64,000 nucleotides of DNA from an uncultured Candidatus Saccharibacteria bacterium. Lineage in GTDB: Bacteria; Patescibacteriota; Minisyncoccia; UBA6257; CAYRSR01. Position 1 is the first letter of the stretch; each line of letters starts with the position of its first letter. Location: the NCBI GenBank assembly GCA_964427275.1, contig CAYRSR010000003.1:168-64167 (forward strand). The letters are read 5' to 3'. Under the pieces are notes generated by a model. It did not search any database. It saw only the letters and a list, made by a program, of their open reading frames with translations, and had not been told where the DNA came from. Below are positions 39,600 through 48,393 of the stretch, one piece after another. A program made the position numbers and the translations under genes.

Positions 39600-39890
39600 A
39601 TGAAATTGCCACTTAATAGGAAATATAATTATCGTCAACTGGAGAGAATAGTGAAAGGTTTTTCAAATCACCGAAGGATTGAGATATTAAGACTTCTGAA
39701 AAAATATCCTGGGCTTTCAGTAGTTGAAATTTTTGAAAAACTCAATGTTAATTTTAAAACAATTGCTGGGCACATTCAGCGATTAACCATTGCTGGTTCG
39801 GTAATGAAAAAATCCTTGGGAGCAAGCGTCTGTCATCGACTTGCAGAAAGAGGAGAGGTAGTTCTCAAGTTCTTAAGAACATTGGAGTAA
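39600..39890 (+). CDS. ArsR/SmtB-family transcriptional regulator
   Basis: Winged HTH (NHRRIEILRLLKKYPGLSVVEI...FKTIAGHIQRLTIAGSV). Confidence 0.65.
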   Translation: MKLPLNRKYNYRQLERIVKGFSNHRRIEILRLLKKYPGLSVVEIFEKLNVNFKTIAGHIQRLTIAGSVMKKSLGASVCHRLAERGEVVLKFLRTLE

Positions 39891-39939
39891 CAAATAATTT
39901 AACACTCCTTTTCTATCTTTTTCTATAAACAACCCAAAA

Positions 39940-40572
39940 ATGAAAATTACTATTATTTACGACAATACTACTTTTAAAAAAGGCCTTCAGGCAAATTGGG
40001 GTTTTTCTGCTCTGATAGAAGTTAAAGATATACCCAAAATTTTATTTGATACTGGTGGAAATGGAAAAATTTTACTTTCTAATATGGAAAAGTTAGCGAT
40101 TGATCCTTTATCAATTGAAGAGGTTTTTATTTCTCATTTACATTTTGACCATATCGGTGGGCTTTCTGAACTTTTAAAAGTAAATCCAAATATTAAAAAA
40201 ATTTATGTCCCTTCTTCAATGGGTCTTGAAAACGAAATAATTTTAAAAGAGCCCACAGAAATTTATAAAAATATCTTTTCCACCGGAGAACTGGAAGGAA
40301 TAGAACAATCAATGGGAGTGATTACAGAAAAGGGAATTGTTTTAATTGTCGGTTGTTCTCATCCTTATATGGGAACTATTTTAGATGCTGGTCGCCGATT
40401 TGGTGAGATTTATGCCATTGTTGGCGGAATGCATGGATTTTCTGAATTTGAGTTATTTAAAGATATAAATCTAATTTGTCCTACTCACTGCACTCAATAT
40501 AAATCAAAACTTAAAGAGCTTTATCCCCAAAAATACATTGAAGGAGGAGTAGGAAGAATAATTGAAATTTAA
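39940..40572 (+). CDS. MBL-fold metallo-hydrolase (COG1237-like)
   Basis: YDNTT...GLQANWGFSALIE...ILFDTGGNG and HxHxDH (HLHFDHIGG). Confidence 0.6.
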   Translation: MKITIIYDNTTFKKGLQANWGFSALIEVKDIPKILFDTGGNGKILLSNMEKLAIDPLSIEEVFISHLHFDHIGGLSELLKVNPNIKKIYVPSSMGLENEIILKEPTEIYKNIFSTGELEGIEQSMGVITEKGIVLIVGCSHPYMGTILDAGRRFGEIYAIVGGMHGFSEFELFKDINLICPTHCTQYKSKLKELYPQKYIEGGVGRIIEI

Positions 40573-40693
40573 AGAGAGCAAAAATGAAAATTACAAAAAA
40601 TAAAATATATTTTTCTTATCATACTAATTGCTATGATTTGCAATTTGGGTTCAGAGATATTTCAAATAGAAAAACCAACAATACTTTTTATGT

Positions 40694-41617
40694 TTGAACT
40701 TATTGCAATCTTGCCAGGTCATTTTAGCTATTTCAGTACTCAAAAATTTAAAACAGCAAAAAATGAAATATAAAATATTTGTTTTAATTATAATTTTAGT
40801 TTTGATAGGAGGAGGGATTTTTTTAATTCAAAAAGAGAAGGTTTCTAAAACAGAAATTTCTATTGAAAAGGAGCTTAAAGTTAAAAAAGAAAAAGTTTTA
40901 AAAGAAGAAGAAAAAGAAAAATCAGAGGTTAGTTTAATTTCTGTCTATGATAATTATCAGGTTAACCCAGAATTAAAAACTGCCTGGGGATTTGGACTGG
41001 TAATTGAAACTTCAAATGAAAAAATTTTATTTGATACCGGAGGCAACTCAGGTATTTTGCTTTTTAATATGAAAAAATTAGGGGTTGATCCTGAATCAAT
41101 TGACAAAGTGGTAATTTCTCATATTCATGGTGACCATATAGGAGGACTTGAAGGATTTTTAAAGGAAAATCCAAAGGTAAAAGTTTTTATCCCGGCTTCT
41201 TTTCCAGATTCAGTAAGGGAAATGATAAAAAGTTATGGAGCAAATTTTATTAATGTCTCAAGGTCTCAAAAAATTTCAGATTTTATTTTTTCAACCGGCG
41301 AACTTTATGGTCCGCCAGATGAGCAATCTTTAGTGATTCTTTCAAAGAAAGGTTTAATTATAATTACCGGCTGTGCTCATCCAGGAATTGTTAATATTGT
41401 TAAAAAAGCAAAAGAAATGTTTCCTCAAAAAGAAGTTTATCTAGTTTTAGGTGGTTTTCATCATCCACCAAAAAAAGTAGTTTCTGAATTAAAAAAATTA
41501 AAAGTAAAAAAAGTTGCTCCCTCTCATTGCTCTGGAGATGAAATTAGAGAATTATTTAAAAAAGAATATCAAAACGATTTCATAGAAAATGGAGTTGGAA
41601 AAATTATTAGTATATAA
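40694..41617 (+). CDS. MBL-fold metallo-hydrolase paralog with an N-terminal transmembrane anchor and a KE-rich linker
   Basis: YDNYQVNPELKTAWGFGLVIE...ILFDTGGNSG and HIHGDHIGG. The true start is probably the Met at about 40763. Confidence 0.6.
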   Translation: MNLLQSCQVILAISVLKNLKQQKMKYKIFVLIIILVLIGGGIFLIQKEKVSKTEISIEKELKVKKEKVLKEEEKEKSEVSLISVYDNYQVNPELKTAWGFGLVIETSNEKILFDTGGNSGILLFNMKKLGVDPESIDKVVISHIHGDHIGGLEGFLKENPKVKVFIPASFPDSVREMIKSYGANFINVSRSQKISDFIFSTGELYGPPDEQSLVILSKKGLIIITGCAHPGIVNIVKKAKEMFPQKEVYLVLGGFHHPPKKVVSELKKLKVKKVAPSHCSGDEIRELFKKEYQNDFIENGVGKIISI

Positions 41618-41644
41618 TAGAAAATGTAAAACAAGGCAGGATTA

Positions 41645-42973
41645 ATGAAGAGAATAAAATATAAAATTGGAGTAATGGAAAAAGCAGGTAGAAGTAAAAC
41701 TTTATCTGAGAAGCTAGTAAAAACTGCAAAAGTTGTGGGAGAAGAGATCGCCAGACAGGGTTGTGTATTAGTCACAGGTGCCTGTATGGGTGTTCCCGAT
41801 GTTGCAGCTAAAGTAGCCTTAGACAAAGGAGGCTTGGTTCTTGGATTTTCTCCGGCCAAGAGCTTAAAAGAGCATGTTGAGCCACCTTTCTCTTATCCTT
41901 ATCCTTCTCAAAATATGGAGTTGATTTTTACTAATTTAGATAAGATTGGCCGAAATGTTTTATCAATAATTGAGTGTGATGGAATAATATGCATTGGTGG
42001 AGGAATGGAAACTTTAAATGAATTTTCTATAGCAGCTCATGAGGGAAAGGTAATAGGAGTATTAGAGGGTTTTTGGGGATTAATAGAGAAAATTCTTCCA
42101 GAAATCGAAAATCAGGTTTCTGAAAAATCTGGTGCTGTTTTAATTAAAGATAGAAATCCAAAAAGATTGGTAAGAAGAGTAATTCAAGAAGTTGAAAAAA
42201 GAAGGAAAAAGATAAGAAAAGAAATTCCTTTAACTTTTGAAAACAAAAGAGGTGAGCAGTTAGTTGGGATACTTCATTTACCCGCAAAAGAAAAACCTCC
42301 TTTAGCAGTTTTAGTTCATGGATTTGGGCAGACCAAATCAAAAAGAAGCCTGGTAAGATTGGCCAGGTCTTTAGAAAGACAAGGAATTGCCGTTTTTCGG
42401 TTTGATTTTTCTGGATGTGGGGATTCACAGGGAGAATTGGAAAATACTACACTCAAAAGGCAGATTGAAGATTTAAATGTGGTAATGAAAGGTATTTTTA
42501 AGCAAGTAAATCTAGATAGTAGAAGAATAGCTTTTGTAGGCGAGAGTCTGGGATGTGTAGCAGCAACATTGTATTACAAAAATTATTCAGACATTTCTTT
42601 AAAGACAATGGTTTTTTGGGCTCCTGCTTTCTGTCAGAAAAAACTTATTCCAATCTGGAATTCAAAAGAACAGTTAAAAGAATGGAAGAAAAAAGGATAT
42701 TTAATAGTTAAGGATAAAAAAATTGGCTTAGAATATTTGAAGGAAAATGAAAATAAAGATTATTCTTCTATTCTTTTAAAGATGCATTTACCAATTTTAG
42801 TTCTCCATGGAAAAGAAGATGAAGTGGTTCCTTTAGAGTTTTCAGAAAAATTAGCAAAAAAATATAAAAACATAAAACTGGTTAAGCTGAACACTGACCA
42901 TAAATTTGAAAATTATTTTGAACAGCAAAAATTAATAAAAGAAACTGTAAGCTGGATTAAAAAATACCTTTAA
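41645..42973 (+). CDS. fusion protein: LOG/TIGR00725-family (SLOG) nucleotide-binding domain plus a C-terminal alpha/beta-hydrolase
   Basis: N-terminal GCVLVTGACMGVPDVAAKVALDKGGLVLGFSP...ICIGGGMETLNEF. C-terminal LAVLVHGFGQ...FDFSGCGDSQG...VGESLG (GxSxG). Confidence 0.6.
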   Translation: MKRIKYKIGVMEKAGRSKTLSEKLVKTAKVVGEEIARQGCVLVTGACMGVPDVAAKVALDKGGLVLGFSPAKSLKEHVEPPFSYPYPSQNMELIFTNLDKIGRNVLSIIECDGIICIGGGMETLNEFSIAAHEGKVIGVLEGFWGLIEKILPEIENQVSEKSGAVLIKDRNPKRLVRRVIQEVEKRRKKIRKEIPLTFENKRGEQLVGILHLPAKEKPPLAVLVHGFGQTKSKRSLVRLARSLERQGIAVFRFDFSGCGDSQGELENTTLKRQIEDLNVVMKGIFKQVNLDSRRIAFVGESLGCVAATLYYKNYSDISLKTMVFWAPAFCQKKLIPIWNSKEQLKEWKKKGYLIVKDKKIGLEYLKENENKDYSSILLKMHLPILVLHGKEDEVVPLEFSEKLAKKYKNIKLVKLNTDHKFENYFEQQKLIKETVSWIKKYL

Positions 42974-42974
42974 A

Positions 42975-43874
42975 ATGCTTCCCAGTTACCTTTTTCTTTC
43001 AGAAAAAGAATGGCAGAAAAGAATAGAAAAACTTTTTAAAATTTTGGAAAAGTGTGAGATTTGTTCAAGAAAATGTAAAGTTAATCGGCTTAAAGGAGAA
43101 GAAGGTTTCTGTAGATTAAAATTTTTACCTAAAGTTTCGGCTTATCATCCTCATTTTGGAGAGGAAGGGGTTTTAGTAGGAAAATATGGCTCAGGAACAA
43201 TTTTTTTAACCAGTTGCAATTTAGCTTGTGTTTATTGCCAAAATTATGAAATTTCTCAACTAAGAATTGGAAAAGAGGTTTCTTTTGAAAGATTGGCTGA
43301 AATGATGCTTGAACTTCAAAGAATGGGTTGCCATAATATCAATTTTGTTACTCCAACGCCGCAAGTGCCCCAGATTGTGAAAGCAGTTTATTTGGCAGTT
43401 AAGAAAGGATTAAAAATTCCTTTGGTTTATAACACTAATAGTTATGATTCGGTTGAAGTTTTAAAGTTACTTGAAGGAATTTTTGATATTTATCTTCCTG
43501 ATGCTAAATATTCGGATGATGGAATTGCTTTAAAATATTCTCAAGCCAAAAATTATTTTGAGATTATGAAAAAAGCCATCAAAGAAATGTATCGGCAGGT
43601 TGGCGATTTAAAAATAGACGAAAGAGGGATTGCCTTTAGAGGAGTTTTAGTACGCCATTTAATTTTACCCAATGATTTAGCTGGCTCTGAAAAGATTTTT
43701 CAATTTTTAGCCAAAGAGATTTCAAAAAATACTTTCTTAAACATTATGGACCAGTACTGGCCAGCCTTTAAAGCTTATAAATTCCAAGAACTTTCAAGGA
43801 GAATCAAAAAAGAGGAATTTGAAAATGTGATTTCTTTAGCTCAGAAATTTGGCTTTAAAAGGATTTATTATTAA
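42975..43874 (+). CDS. radical SAM protein, PflA-like (AmmeMemoRadiSam-type layout)
   Basis: CNLACVYC (CX3CX2C) plus an N-terminal Cys cluster CEICSRKC...GFC. Confidence 0.7.
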   Translation: MLPSYLFLSEKEWQKRIEKLFKILEKCEICSRKCKVNRLKGEEGFCRLKFLPKVSAYHPHFGEEGVLVGKYGSGTIFLTSCNLACVYCQNYEISQLRIGKEVSFERLAEMMLELQRMGCHNINFVTPTPQVPQIVKAVYLAVKKGLKIPLVYNTNSYDSVEVLKLLEGIFDIYLPDAKYSDDGIALKYSQAKNYFEIMKKAIKEMYRQVGDLKIDERGIAFRGVLVRHLILPNDLAGSEKIFQFLAKEISKNTFLNIMDQYWPAFKAYKFQELSRRIKKEEFENVISLAQKFGFKRIYY

Positions 43875-43881
43875 AATTAAA

Positions 43882-44106
43882 ATGATGACATTTTTTGGAA
43901 AAATTTTAATTTTAACCGGTATTTTGCTGGTTATTTTAGGTTTAATTTTTTCTTTCTCACCTAAAATTCCTTACTTAGGAAAATTACCTGGCGATATTTA
44001 CATTAAAAAAGAGAATTTTACTTTTTATTTTCCTCTAACAACCTGTCTTTTGATTAGTATTTTTCTTTCTTTATTTTTTTATCTAGTTTCTAAGTTTTTC
44101 AAATAA
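43882..44106 (+). CDS. DUF2905-like small membrane protein
   Basis: MMTFFGKILILTGILLVILGL...LPGDIYIKKENFTFYFPLTTCLLISI. Confidence 0.45.
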   Translation: MMTFFGKILILTGILLVILGLIFSFSPKIPYLGKLPGDIYIKKENFTFYFPLTTCLLISIFLSLFFYLVSKFFK

Positions 44107-44108
44107 TT

Positions 44109-44795
44109 ATGGAAAAGGATTTAATTTTGGAAGTGAAAAATCTTTGGGTAGAATTAGATAAACTGAAGGTTATAGAAAATCTTTCTTTTAGAGTAAAAGA
44201 AGGAGAAGTTTTAACAATTTTGGGACCTAATGGAGCAGGAAAAACGGTTCTTTTAAAAACTTTACTTGGAATTTTTCCTTATCAGGGAGAAATTATTTGG
44301 AAAAAAGGAGTAAAAATTGGGTATGTACCTCAGAGGTTACCATTCATAAAAAATATCCCAATGAGCGTAAAGGATTTTTTTGAATTGAAAGGAATTTCAG
44401 AAACTGAAATAAAGAGTATTCTAAAAGAGATAGACCTTGAAGAGGTTTTTGAAAAAGGAATAGGAAATCTTTCCTCAGGACAATTTCAAAGGGCTTTGAT
44501 TGGCTGGGCTTTGGCAAGAAATCCTAATGTTTTACTTTTTGATGAACCTACTGCAGAAATTGATATTCCAGGAAAAGAAACTATCTATTCTTTAATAAAA
44601 AGATTGAAAGAAAAAAGAAATCTAACTGTTTTACTGGTTACCCATGATCTAAACATAGTTTATAAATTTTCCGATTATATAATTTGTCTGAATAAAACAG
44701 CAATTTGCCAGGGCAAGCCAGAGATAATTCTTACTCCTGAAAACTTACAAAAGCTTTATCGCCACGAAATAAAATTTTACAAACATACCCATTAA
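44109..44795 (+). CDS. metal (Zn/Mn)-type ABC transporter ATP-binding protein
   Basis: Walker A GPNGAGKT, signature LSSGQFQRA and Walker B LLFDEP. Confidence 0.85.
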   Translation: MEKDLILEVKNLWVELDKLKVIENLSFRVKEGEVLTILGPNGAGKTVLLKTLLGIFPYQGEIIWKKGVKIGYVPQRLPFIKNIPMSVKDFFELKGISETEIKSILKEIDLEEVFEKGIGNLSSGQFQRALIGWALARNPNVLLFDEPTAEIDIPGKETIYSLIKRLKEKRNLTVLLVTHDLNIVYKFSDYIICLNKTAICQGKPEIILTPENLQKLYRHEIKFYKHTH

Positions 44796-44799
44796 AATT

Positions 44800-45564
44800 A
44801 TGAACTTTCAACTTATTTTAAGCTTAGTTTCAGGAATTTTTATTGGGGGAGTAGCTGGACTTTTGGGTACTTTGATGCTTTCCAAAAGAATGGCCTTGGT
44901 TGCTGGGCCTTTAGGACATTTAGCTTTACCAGGAATTGCTTTAGCTTTAATTTATAACTTTGATGTTTCCTTGGGTGCATTTCCTTTTATTATTTTAGGA
45001 ATAATTTTAATATGGCTGTTTGAGATAAAAACAAAGCTACCAGTTGAAGCTTTAACTGCCATTGTTTTTGCTTTTGGAGTGGCAATTTCTTTTTTACTCT
45101 TGCCGATTGAAAAAGCAAAAACTGCATTGGTAGGAGATATTACAAAGATTTCTTTAACAGAAACACTGATGATTATTATTTTATCTATCTTAATTGTTGC
45201 CTTGGTAAAAAGGATTTATTCTAAAATAGTTTTAATCAACATTTCAGAAGACTTAGCTAAGGCAGAAAAAATTAATGTTAAAAGATATAATTTTCTCTAC
45301 CTGGGAATTATTGGGATAATGGTTGCTTTAGGAGTAAAAGTAGTAGGAGGACTTTTAACTGCTGCTTTAGTAGCTATTCCTGCCTCTACTTCTAGGAACT
45401 TAAGCAGAAACTTATTTCAATACAATTCTTTAAGCATCTTTTTTGGTGCTTTTTCAGCTCTTTTTGGGATTTTACTTTTTAAGATTACTCATTTTCCGGC
45501 TGGTCCTTTGATAATTATCATTTCGACATTTTTCTTTTTAACTTCTTTAGTTTTTAAAAGATAG
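44800..45564 (+). CDS. metal ABC transporter permease (ZnuB-like)
   Basis: 254 aa, about 8 transmembrane helices, ABC-3 family layout. Confidence 0.8.
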   Translation: MNFQLILSLVSGIFIGGVAGLLGTLMLSKRMALVAGPLGHLALPGIALALIYNFDVSLGAFPFIILGIILIWLFEIKTKLPVEALTAIVFAFGVAISFLLLPIEKAKTALVGDITKISLTETLMIIILSILIVALVKRIYSKIVLINISEDLAKAEKINVKRYNFLYLGIIGIMVALGVKVVGGLLTAALVAIPASTSRNLSRNLFQYNSLSIFFGAFSALFGILLFKITHFPAGPLIIIISTFFFLTSLVFKR

Positions 45565-45602
45565 TAACTTTCATTTTGTTTTTTTATTGTTAAAATGAAA
45601 AT

Positions 45603-47981
45603 ATGAGATTCTTTCTTTTAGATTTGAATTATATTATTGATTCTTCTGGAAAGACAAAAGCACGCTTGTTTGGAAAGGATGAAAAAGGGAAAGTGGTAAA
45701 GTCTCTTATTGATTTTTCTCCTTATTTTTTTGTTTTGCCAGAGAAAGGAAAGGAAAAACAAGCAATAAGGGATATTGAAAAGTTACTTGCTTTGAAAAAG
45801 AAAAAGGTAGAAAAAATAGAAATTGTAAAGAAAAAATTAAATGGAAAAGAAAAAGCCCTTATTAAAATTACCTGTTTTACTCCTCCTGATACTTCAAATA
45901 TAAGAGACATTGTAAAGAAGCTGGAGAAAAAAAGAGGAGGAAAAGGAACAGTCTTAGAAGAGTATCAATATTCTCTTTCTTTTTCTGATTCTTTTTTGCT
46001 TGAAAATAGGATTTATGAACCTAGTTGGGTTGAAGAAAAGAATGGAAAAATTACTTCTTCTAATATTGAAAAAGAGCCCCAACTAAAGACAATTGCCTTT
46101 GATATTGAAATTAATATTGAAAATGGAAAAGAGAAAATTATTATGATTTCTTATTTTGGAGATAATTTTAAAAAAGTAGTTACTTATAGAAAAAAAGGTA
46201 GATATCCTGATTTTGTAAAACTGGTAAAAAACGAAAAAGAACTTTTGGAAGATTTTGAAGCTACCATTAAAGAAAAAGATCCAGATATTATTCTAACTTA
46301 TAATGGTGATGCTTTTGATTTCCCAATGATAAGAGAGAGAGCAAAAGAGTACAAGTTGAAATTAAAAATCGGAAGAGCTAATGATGAATTCAAGTTTTTA
46401 AGGAGAGGAAGAGCATCAGCAGCTCATATTTCAGGAAGGGTTCATGTTGATATTTTCCCTTTTGTAAATAACATTCTTTCTCCGAGTCTTGAAACTGAAG
46501 TTTTAACTTTAAATGCGGTCTCAGGTGAACTTTTAGAAGATAAAAAAATCGAAATGGATTTTCAGGAGTTGCTGGAGGCCTGGCGAAAGAAAAAAGATTT
46601 ACAGAAGTTAGCCTTATATTGCCTAAAGGATTCTGAACTTACTTTTCGACTTTTCAATTTACTTTCTTCTCAAATCTTTGAACTTTCAAAAATTTCAGGT
46701 CAGCTTCTGTTTGATGTTTCAAGAATGAGCTATTCACAACTGGTAGAAAGCTTTTTAACTAAAAAAGCCCATTATTTAGGAGAGGTAATCCCCAATCAAC
46801 CAAAATTTGATGAGATTTTAAGAAGAAAGCAATTTACCTTTGCTGGTGGTTATGTTAAAGAACCAATTGGGGGAATTCATAAAAACATTGCGGTGGTAGA
46901 TTTTCGTTCTCTTTATCCTTCAATCATTGCTACATTCAATATTTCTCCGGAAACTTTAAATTGTTCTTGTTGTAGGGACAACGGGTTTAAGGTTCCTGAA
47001 TCAAATTTTTGGTTTTGTAAAAAGAAAAAAGGATTTGTTTCTTCAGTAATTAGAGAGCTTTTGAAAGAAAGGTGGGAGATTAAAAAGAGAATGAAAAAGT
47101 TAAAAGAAGATTCAAAAAAATATCATCTTTTAAATACTCGTCAGCAGGTTGTAAAAATTATTACCAATGCTACCTATGGTTATTTTGGTTTCCCTGCTTC
47201 AAAATGGTACTGTAAGGAGTGTGCTCAGTCTGCAGCTTCATGGGGAAGAAGTTTGATTAGAAGAGTAATGGAAAAAGCAAGTGAAAATTTTGTGGTGGTT
47301 TATGGAGATACTGATTCGGCATTTTTAAAGCCAAAAGAAAAAAAGGAGAAAACTCTTAAAAAAGATATTGAAAAGTTCCTAGAAAAAATCAATAAAGCCC
47401 TACCAGGAATAATTGAGTTGGATTTGCAGGGCTTTTATAAAAGAGGAATTTTTATCCCCAGAGGTTTAATTAAAGGCACAGCAAAGAAAAGATATGCTCT
47501 TTTAGATGAAAAAGGAAAGCTCTTAATAAGGGGACTTGAAACTGTAAGAAAGGATTGGTGCAATCTGGCAAAAGAACTTCAAAGAAAAGTTTTAGAATTT
47601 GTACTTAAAAAAGAGGACATTAAAGGAGCTATTAAATATACCCAGAAAACTATTTCAAAATTGAAGTCAAGAAAGATTTCATTAAGAGATTTGGTAATTT
47701 ATGAACAGTTAACCAAGCCAATTGAAAAGTATAAATCTTTATCACCTCATTTAGCCTGTGCTAAAAAAATGAAAGAAAAAGGAGAAGAAGTAGAACCTGG
47801 AACAATTATTATGTTTGTAATTTCAAAAAAGGAAGGAAAAATTTCTGACAAGGCAATTCCTTATGAGTGGGCAAAAGTTTCTGATGTTGATGTAGACTAT
47901 TATATTCATCACCAGATATTACCAGCAGCATTAAGAGTTCTTTCTGTTTTTAAAGTTGAGGAAAAGGACTTAATTGTTTAA
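45603..47981 (+). CDS. family B DNA polymerase with 3'-5' exonuclease
   Basis: Exo I FDIE, Exo II YNGDAFDFP, Exo III YCLKDSELTF. Pol motif A DFRSLYPSII, KKRY motif and motif C YGDTDS. Confidence 0.8.
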   Translation: MRFFLLDLNYIIDSSGKTKARLFGKDEKGKVVKSLIDFSPYFFVLPEKGKEKQAIRDIEKLLALKKKKVEKIEIVKKKLNGKEKALIKITCFTPPDTSNIRDIVKKLEKKRGGKGTVLEEYQYSLSFSDSFLLENRIYEPSWVEEKNGKITSSNIEKEPQLKTIAFDIEINIENGKEKIIMISYFGDNFKKVVTYRKKGRYPDFVKLVKNEKELLEDFEATIKEKDPDIILTYNGDAFDFPMIRERAKEYKLKLKIGRANDEFKFLRRGRASAAHISGRVHVDIFPFVNNILSPSLETEVLTLNAVSGELLEDKKIEMDFQELLEAWRKKKDLQKLALYCLKDSELTFRLFNLLSSQIFELSKISGQLLFDVSRMSYSQLVESFLTKKAHYLGEVIPNQPKFDEILRRKQFTFAGGYVKEPIGGIHKNIAVVDFRSLYPSIIATFNISPETLNCSCCRDNGFKVPESNFWFCKKKKGFVSSVIRELLKERWEIKKRMKKLKEDSKKYHLLNTRQQVVKIITNATYGYFGFPASKWYCKECAQSAASWGRSLIRRVMEKASENFVVVYGDTDSAFLKPKEKKEKTLKKDIEKFLEKINKALPGIIELDLQGFYKRGIFIPRGLIKGTAKKRYALLDEKGKLLIRGLETVRKDWCNLAKELQRKVLEFVLKKEDIKGAIKYTQKTISKLKSRKISLRDLVIYEQLTKPIEKYKSLSPHLACAKKMKEKGEEVEPGTIIMFVISKKEGKISDKAIPYEWAKVSDVDVDYYIHHQILPAALRVLSVFKVEEKDLIV

Positions 47982-48392
47982 ATGAAATTAAACCAGATAA
48001 TTAAAGGGTTTAAAGAATTTGAAAGGTTAAAAGAAGATAAACTAAAAGGAATTTATCTTTTGCTTATTAAAGTAAAGAAAGATACTTCTATTCAAATTGG
48101 TAAATTGAGGAAAATAAGGTTTGATAAAGGAAATTATCTTTATGTTGGTTCAGCTCAAAATAACTTGAGGGCAAGGATAAAAAGACACTTTAGAAAAAAT
48201 AATAAAACTAAATTCTGGCACATTGATTATTTACTTTCCAATAAAAATGTGAAAATTAAAAAGGTATTTTATAAGCTTGCAAAAAAGGAGGAAGAATGCA
48301 AAGCTGCCCGGTTAGCTTTAAAATATGGCAAGCCAATTAGAGGTTTTGGTTGCTCGGATTGTCAGTGTAGGAGTCATCTTATAAAAATTTAA
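47982..48392 (+). CDS. GIY-YIG domain protein (DUF123-like)
   Basis: GIYLLLIK-(~28 aa)-YLYVGSAQNNL…R…H, 136 aa. Confidence 0.5.
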   Translation: MKLNQIIKGFKEFERLKEDKLKGIYLLLIKVKKDTSIQIGKLRKIRFDKGNYLYVGSAQNNLRARIKRHFRKNNKTKFWHIDYLLSNKNVKIKKVFYKLAKKEEECKAARLALKYGKPIRGFGCSDCQCRSHLIKI

Positions 48393-48393
48393 G

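Noticed and set aside
41569-41859. 96-aa minus-strand ORF spanning the junction of the MBL paralog and the LOG-hydrolase gene
   Set aside because: It is antisense to two well-supported genes and has a Pro/Thr-rich low-complexity translation.
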